DNA of 57,301 bases from Stylophora pistillata (lineage: Eukaryota), in the NCBI RefSeq assembly GCF_002571385.2, contig NW_019218148.1, positions 261,433 through 318,733 on the forward strand, given 5' to 3'. The notes below the pieces were generated by a model, which saw only the letters and a program-made list of their open reading frames with translations, was not told where the DNA came from and ran no database searches. Positions 50,801-57,301 of this stretch are shown piece after piece. Position 1 is the first letter of the stretch. Each line of letters opens with the position of its first letter. Position numbers and translations under genes: made by a program.

Positions 50801-53335
50801 AGGAATACATAAGAATGCATGGGAATGCGTGTGAATACACGGAAATACTTGGGAATACGTGAGAATACATGAGAATACTTGGGAATACATAGGAATACAT
50901 GCGAATACATGGGACTACATGGGAATACATAAGAATACATAGGAATACATAAGAATACGTGGAAATACATGGGAATACGTGGGAATACACAGGAATACGT
51001 GAGAATACATGGAAATAACATGGAAATACGAGGGAATATATGGAAGTACGTGGGAATACATGGGAATACATAGGAATACGTGGGAATCCATGGGAATACG
51101 TGGGAATACATGGGAATACATGGGAGTACATGGTAATACGTGGAAATACATGGGAATACGTGGGAATAAATGGGAATAACATGGAAATACGTGGCAATTC
51201 ATGGGAATACGTGGGAATACATGGGAATACAAAGGTATACATGGGAATACATGGGAACTCATAAGAATACATGGGAACACATAGGAATACATGGGAACAC
51301 ATAGGAATACATGGGAATACGTGGGAATACATGGGAATACGTGGGAATACGTGGGATTACATGGGAATACATAAGAATACATGGGAATACGTGGGAATAA
51401 ATGGGAATACATAAGAATACATGGGAATACGTGGGAAAACGTGGGAATACATGGGAATACGTGGGAAAACGTAGGAATACATGGGAATACATAAGAATAC
51501 ATGGGAATACGTGGGAATACATGGGAATATATGGGAATACGTGACAATACATGGGAATACGTGGGAATACATGGGAATACATAAGAATCCATGGGAATAC
51601 GTGGGAATACATGGGAATACATACCAATACATAAGAATACCTGAGAATACATAGCAATACATAAGAATACATGGGAATACATGGCAATACATGGGAACAC
51701 ATAGGAATACATGGAAATACGTGGGAATACATGGGAATACGTGGGACTACCTGGGAATAACATGGAAATACGTGGGAATTCATGGGAATACGTGGGAATA
51801 CATGGGAATACGTGGGAATACATGGGAATACATAAGAATACATGGGAATACGTGGGAATACATGGGAATACATATCAATACATAAGAATACATGGGAATA
51901 CGTGGGAATACATAGCAATACATAGGAATACATGGCAGTCCATGGCAATACATGGCAATACATGGGAACTCATAAGAATGCATAGGAATACATGGGAACA
52001 CATAGGAATACATGGGAACACAGGAATACATGGGAATACGTGGGAATACATGGGAATACGTGGGAATGCGTGGAAATACATGGGAACGCGTAGGAATACA
52101 GGGGAATACGTTGGAATAAATGGCAATAACATGGAAATACGTGGGAATTCATGGGAATAGGTGGGAATACATGGGAATACGTGGGAATAACATGGAAATA
52201 CGTGGGAATACGTGGGAATACATGGAAATACGTGGGAATTCATGGGAATGCATGGGAATACGTGGGAATACATGGGAATAGCATAGAAATACGTGGGAAT
52301 TCATGGGAATACGTGGGGAATACATGGGAATACATGGGAATACGTCGGAATACATGGGAATACGAGGGAATACGTTGGTATACGTGAGAAGAATACAAGG
52401 ATATTTAAGATAACAGTATATACACGAAGGAAAGTCTTAGATAGACTATGTGATGGTATACACCAAGTACCTACCTTATTGACCCCATTCCCGCTGACGT
52501 AGCATTTCATTATTCAGCTCTGTCTCGTAGGCCCCGTTTCCTGCATCTTCTCTCTAATGCTTACCAGGGGACGTTAAAGAACCCACGAACTTTTTGCTGA
52601 GGGAAGAGAACGTAGCTCCTGGTGTTGCGGTCTGCGTGAACGTTTATACATCTTAAAGATCCATAAGTATTTTGCATATAGAAAGAGGGGGGGGGGAGGG
52701 AAATGATAGTAAAGAAGAAGGGGTGTAAAGATTACTTTTGTGGTATCTCGCTACTGTAATACTAGTACTCTACCAGTGAACATGCCGTATCCTGCCAAAA
52801 AATTATGTTACCTGCCTGCTAGGGGGAATACAGGATTTAAAAAGTTGTGTAATTCTTCAGATTCCAACAGAAAGACGGAACTGTCACATGATTCCAGAGG
52901 AAGGTTCAATTCTCTGTGAGAAACCAGGCATTTGTAAGTACCTTATGTAACAAGACCAAAAACTTTCTAGACTGCAAGCAGTTCCTGGGTTTGCTTGTTT
53001 TTACTTCGAGTTCTCATTGGCTCCCCAGGGTATTTTCCTCTCCTCTTATTGGCCGTTATATTACTTTGCTTTTGGTTTTACGTCACTCAATCAAAGAGTG
53101 CTCTAAATCTATTTCTGCTCTGCTGGAAACTGTGAAAGACAGGAAAGCTTTTACCTTTTTAAAATGACTTGATAACAACAAAAATTACTGATCATTTTAA
53201 TTCTCTCTTTCTCTCTCTTCAGATATTCTTCGTTTTGATAACTCATACAGTTGGACACGAAACAAAAAGATTCTCTACAATGTGGAAATTCTCTATCCGT
53301 TTAAGGATTCAGACGATCATTTGGATGTATCTTGA
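41851..53335 (+). CDS. SEC14-like protein (CRAL-TRIO + GOLD), SEC14L2-type, 15 exons, 395 aa
   Basis: Exons 41851-41892, 42869-42938, 43995-44038, 44547-44609, 45025-45118, 45364-45458, 46057-46132, 46261-46280, 46496-46556, 46879-46962, 47323-47429, 47719-47873, 48278-48368, 52861-52933, 53223-53335. All are GT-AG and in phase. Motifs DDHFLLRWLRARDF, DMEGLGLKHLWKP, EDNYPE, APRIFPIAYALVKPFL, LPEYYGGT, DIGFGVF and LRFDNSYS. Confidence 0.93.
43350..43539. mobile_element. Fully palindromic ~190-bp MITE
   Basis: AACAATTGGTTCATGCTTT...GAGTTATGGAGCA...GTTTGGAGAGCAC...GTTGCCC / GGGCAAC...GTGCTCTCCAAAC...TGCTCCATAACTC...AAAGCATGCACCAATTGTT. Confidence 0.82.
44675..44970 (+). mobile_element. Degenerate tRNA-headed SINE of a second family
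   Basis: GGGGAGACACAGTGGCC..TTAGTGCACTGGACTC head, followed by the common SINE central motif TGTGTTCTTGGGCAAAACACTT...CCACCCAGG...TAAATGGG. Confidence 0.6.
48769..49752 (+). repeat. 10-bp minisatellite array (GTATTCCCAT/GTATTCCCAC)
   Basis: About 1 kb of tandem decamer variants starting at the N at 48768. Confidence 0.97.
50251..50388. mobile_element. Short MITE
   Basis: TAGGTTTTCCTTATCTAGACCGGCATCTAG ... CTAGGTGCCGGTCTAGATGGGAAAATCTA imperfect inverted termini. Confidence 0.72.
50630..52385 (-). repeat. 10-bp minisatellite array, reverse-complement orientation (ATGGGAATAC/GTGGGAATAC)
   Basis: About 1.75 kb of the same decamer, inverted relative to 48769-49752. Confidence 0.97.
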
Positions 53336-54088
53336 TTGTCATGCAGAATTCCAACATTCGCTTTAACGCTGTTTTTTAAATCGGCAATTTGCGTAAAAAT
53401 TTTACGGATTTAAGTCAAACGTTCCGTGAAAAGTCACTCAGTTTTTGTCATTCTTGTTCAAATCTGTGTGATTTAGAGGTAACAATCAATTACCCGTTTT
53501 TATGCGAGAGCAAACCCGGCCGAGTTGATTTCGACAACATTTGAAAATTTCAAGAAGGCAGTTGACTTATACCATTTGTGCGTAATATTTTTATTTATTT
53601 ATTTATTTGTAGAAAGAGATTATAAATTTACAAAGTTTTAGTATCAATTTAAGAGACTATCAGTTGTTCTGGTTGTAGTTACTTATATGAAAAAAAATAA
53701 CTTTCTTTAAACCATTTATCGAGGTACTAAGGTAGCTCGTTTCATCATTTATTCATTGTGAGGTGTAATTTTTAGAAAGGCAACTTTTAATAAAAGTAGC
53801 CTGAACGATGAATTTGATAAAGCGAGCAAGTATTTGTTCTCTTGCTTTTGGACTATTTTAGAAATCGAACAGTTAGTCTTATTTTGGACACTACCAATCC
53901 CATTCCATCGAATCATCCGTCCGATACCATCAAATTCCCGCGACCTCACTCTCCGATATTGTCGCCCAAAAATTTGTACATAACCTAAACATATTTGACA
54001 ACTTGGAAACAGAAACAAGCATTATTTGATCAGATTGGAAATCCACGGGTGTTAGAGAAACAGTGACGAGATCACTTCCCTGAATGGA

Positions 54089-54597
54089 CACAATTCACGT
54101 AGATGTACGTGACGCATATTTCTGCACAATTTTTGATTTATTTTCCTGATTTCACGACAAATCGTGTTTCGTTATCCTTTGCGCTTATTTTGAATTCCCT
54201 GAAAAAAGGAGGCCACTACCACTTTGCACGTTTTACTTGGACACTTTTAGCTATACAGACATACGTACATACATATGAATAAAGGCTGATACTTTCTAAA
54301 GAAAGTGTTTGGGGCTACGTCGGTGCGGGTAACGAAATAATTTGGATATATCAACAAAGTTGAAATGGTAAATTGGCCACCGTAACGATTACAAAAGCTA
54401 ACGTTTCGAGCGTTAGCCCTTCGTCGGAGCGAAAGATACATGCATACGAATGGTGCATACATATGTTAATTGCCACTCCCCGTGGGGGCTTTTCAGGGCC
54501 AATTCCCACCCAGCAACCACCCCAGGGGAGGACATCCCTCACAAAGTAATCTCGTGCATGAGAAATTAACGTCTCCTACCCCTAACCCTGCAGGAGA
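54089..54597. repeat. First copy of an apparently exact duplication (partner 56793-57301)
   Basis: Identical sequence at offset 2704. ORF pairs 54247/56951 and 54351/57055 are identical. Confidence 0.93.
54276..54435 (-). mobile_element. Penelope-type terminal repeat with minimal hammerhead-like motif (54397-54430)
   Basis: Reverse complement GCTCCGACGAAGGGCTAACGCTCGAAACGTTAGC, followed by the same downstream sequence as 30495-30620. Confidence 0.65.
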
Positions 54598-54708
54598 AGG
54601 GACCTCCATTTATTCGTCCCTATCCGAGAAGACTAGAGTATCTAACCATTCCTTGAGATAGAAATGTAGCATATTCTCACTTTTTTTAAGACCTTGAGTG
54701 TTGGTCCG
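54475..54708 (-). mobile_element. 5'-truncated tRNA-derived SINE
   Basis: Matches the body of the 31470-31772, 37117 and 39500 copies. The tRNA head is missing. Confidence 0.75.
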
Positions 54709-55291
54709 TTGGCCATTTGACCCTGATAATGTCTCGCTGAATCAAACATTCATAACAAGAGAAATAAAGGTATACTCATCAAGTAAAGAGCTCTTCATCG
54801 TTAAACAGATTCTGCGTATCAGTACCTTGGGAAATACTGAGAGGACAATATGAAGAATATGCATACTGTTTGCAAACTCATATTATACGCACTCACGCGA
54901 AAACGAGGCAACCCACTGCAGAGGTAAGGGAGCTGGGGATCAGAATGCTTTTCAAAGAAATTGAACTCCCACGACTTTTTTGTGTATAGCTGTACAAGTC
55001 AAGTTTCTTTTTGTTAAGACTGTGTTTTACAACTGATAAACTTTGAGCTGCTAGAAAGAACGAATTCTACGGTGGAAGTTAGCAAGCATTAGCCTGGTGC
55101 TCACGTGCAAGATGTGGTCTTGATACAGTTTGCTCAGTTTAGCGAGTTGTTTACAAAACATCTTCTTGGTTTAGCGTAGAGGATCGTGGTTGTAACGATG
55201 AAGTTATGGGGAAGATGATTCGCTTGATTTTCATACTTTATTTTATTTTTTAAACGGTAAAGAGAACGAACAAGTAGATAGAAGATCTATC

Positions 55292-56685
55292 ATGGCTCCA
55301 ACTATCCGTGTAAGTAAACATTGTCCACACTGTTGTTGTTGTGCCAATATTAATAGTTTAATTTTTGAGCGGTAGAAATGTGTAAGACTAAGCTTACGTT
55401 TAAACAAAACCTGATTTGCTGGTTAACCCGTCGTATGTTGACCCTTTCTCTGTCGGCTTACACAAAAAAGTCAATCGTTCTTTATCGCCGAGTGTGAGTT
55501 GAAATTAATCCTGTTTAATACCTTAGCTTAAATTGAAGTGCTATCCTACGAGCACGACTATGAAGCTTACGTATTGTTAGTTTGAAATGCATTTTCCGTT
55601 AGAGCAGATCAATTTAATCCGCTAGATAAAGCCAGAAAATAGATAAAAATAAACGATAGTATTCTCAATGTGTTCTCTTTCCTCAGCCCACTCCAGCTCT
55701 CACAACAAACAGTGACTCAGCGCTACCGACTGCAGCGATTGTCATGATCGTTGTTGGAGCGTACTTAGCGCTTGTCTTCCTTTTCCTCATAATCAGGCAA
55801 TGCTTAAAGGTAGGCACATGAACAGGTCATGCATAAAATGACCCTGTGTAACTCATACTATTCTAAAACAAAACCGTAGTCCCAATTTCCTCCACAATTT
55901 CATTTTGACAAAGGATTGCATGCGTTATGAATTATTGGCTTATATTATACTTCCGTGTAACCCCAAATTGACCTTAGGGAACTTCAGTTTCAATTGAATT
56001 TTTATATCTGGGTATGTGAATGCAATATTCCATGATTCATCAAGACACTTTGCCCCCAAACTTCATAGAAGGGGGTAAGTTTCTAAATAAACTGTGATGC
56101 TACATTGGTGGAGTATTACAATCATGTAAATTAGCTAAACTGTTTCTAAAGCAGATGCTTTGAGCTTAAGCCCTTTGCAAGAGAAAAACTTTAAGGCTAG
56201 GGTTTATAGAAATGTTTTCTCAAAGAAGCCAAATTTTTTTTTAACCTGTTAGATGCAGTTTTTTAAACATGCTGACAGCAGATAATGGGGCGCTTAATTT
56301 GGTACTGACAAGGAGAAGTTGTCAATCCCTTCCTTTATTCTTGTGATCGTAATGAACGATTCAGCAGTGTCGCTATAAGGAGAAATTACATGTTGGTCAC
56401 TCCTAGGTTTAATTAGCCACCATGCCACAATGTCTCCTACCATAGAGAGATATTACACTGTTTAAATTACCCTGTAATTTACATTCTTCTTGTTTCAATC
56501 AACAGTCACAAGGAATAAATATCTGCCCAGCATGGATATCAGAGCTGTGCTGTGGATGTTGTGCAAATGACAATGATGCAGAGAGGTGCTGTCTATGTGC
56601 CTGCTTTTTGGGAATGGCAGAAATGTGTGACTGTTCTACCCCAAGTAAAAAGTCTTGTTTAGACAGTGTGTGTCCTTCAAAACAG
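55292..56685 (+). CDS. Uncharacterised single-pass membrane protein with Cys-rich tail (5' exons only; 3' end not in window)
   Basis: Phase-0 GT-AG exons 55292-55309 (MAPTIR), 55687-55809 (PTPALTTNSDSALPTAAIVMIVVGAYLALVFLFLIIRQCLK) and 56506-56685 (SQGINICPAWISELCCGCCANDNDAERCCLCACFLGMAEMCDCSTPSKKSCLDSVCPSKQ). No stop codon is reached. Confidence 0.75.
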
Positions 56686-56792
56686 GTTGGTAGAGTCAAT
56701 CCTATAGTTATTTCTATGCAGTTGATAATATTAGAATGAAATTTAATACCATGAATGCTAGCCCTAATTACTCACTGTCGATTAAAAAGAAG

Positions 56793-57301
56793 CACAATTC
56801 ACGTAGATGTACGTGACGCATATTTCTGCACAATTTTTGATTTATTTTCCTGATTTCACGACAAATCGTGTTTCGTTATCCTTTGCGCTTATTTTGAATT
56901 CCCTGAAAAAAGGAGGCCACTACCACTTTGCACGTTTTACTTGGACACTTTTAGCTATACAGACATACGTACATACATATGAATAAAGGCTGATACTTTC
57001 TAAAGAAAGTGTTTGGGGCTACGTCGGTGCGGGTAACGAAATAATTTGGATATATCAACAAAGTTGAAATGGTAAATTGGCCACCGTAACGATTACAAAA
57101 GCTAACGTTTCGAGCGTTAGCCCTTCGTCGGAGCGAAAGATACATGCATACGAATGGTGCATACATATGTTAATTGCCACTCCCCGTGGGGGCTTTTCAG
57201 GGCCAATTCCCACCCAGCAACCACCCCAGGGGAGGACATCCCTCACAAAGTAATCTCGTGCATGAGAAATTAACGTCTCCTACCCCTAACCCTGCAGGAG
57301 A
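56793..57301. repeat. Second copy of the exact duplication (contains the Penelope-type repeat and SINE fragment)
   Basis: Identical to 54089-54597 up to the window end. Confidence 0.93.

Noticed and set aside
48511-52510. Many long overlapping ORFs (MYSHVFPCIP / MGIHGNTWEY repeats)
   Set aside because: They are translations of a stop-poor 10-bp minisatellite in several frames on both strands, inside an intron.

Overview
AT-rich, intron-rich eukaryotic DNA with one 741-N gap and five single-N joins. The gene set and repeat families look like a scleractinian coral (inference, not verified). I assembled the genes by hand from GT-AG boundaries and reading phase. In order: (1) a single-exon class A GPCR with degenerate activation motifs (1992-3077 +). 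(2) A cluster of five CENP-V/GFA-family zinc-binding sequences (about 5.6-13.3 kb): a decayed copy, a frameshifted copy and an intact divergent copy on +, plus an exon-3 relic and the conserved CENPV orthologue on -. The orthologue is absent from the supplied ORF track. (3) GLT1D1 (13505-20648 +), head-to-head with CENPV. (4) ERCC6L/PICH (23267-40891 -), more than 20 exons, with one expected exon missing at an assembly join. (5) A SEC14L2-like CRAL-TRIO/GOLD gene (41851-53335 +), head-to-head with ERCC6L. (6) The 5' part of an uncharacterised single-pass membrane protein with a very Cys-rich tail (from 55292 +). Non-coding features include a ~240-bp hairpin-containing satellite with dimeric higher-order structure, a foldback-like pair of inverted 10-mer arrays in a SEC14L intron, Penelope-type repeats with minimal hammerhead ribozyme motifs, tRNA-derived SINEs, an L2/CR1 3' end, many MITEs and an exact duplication of at least 509 bp at the window end.
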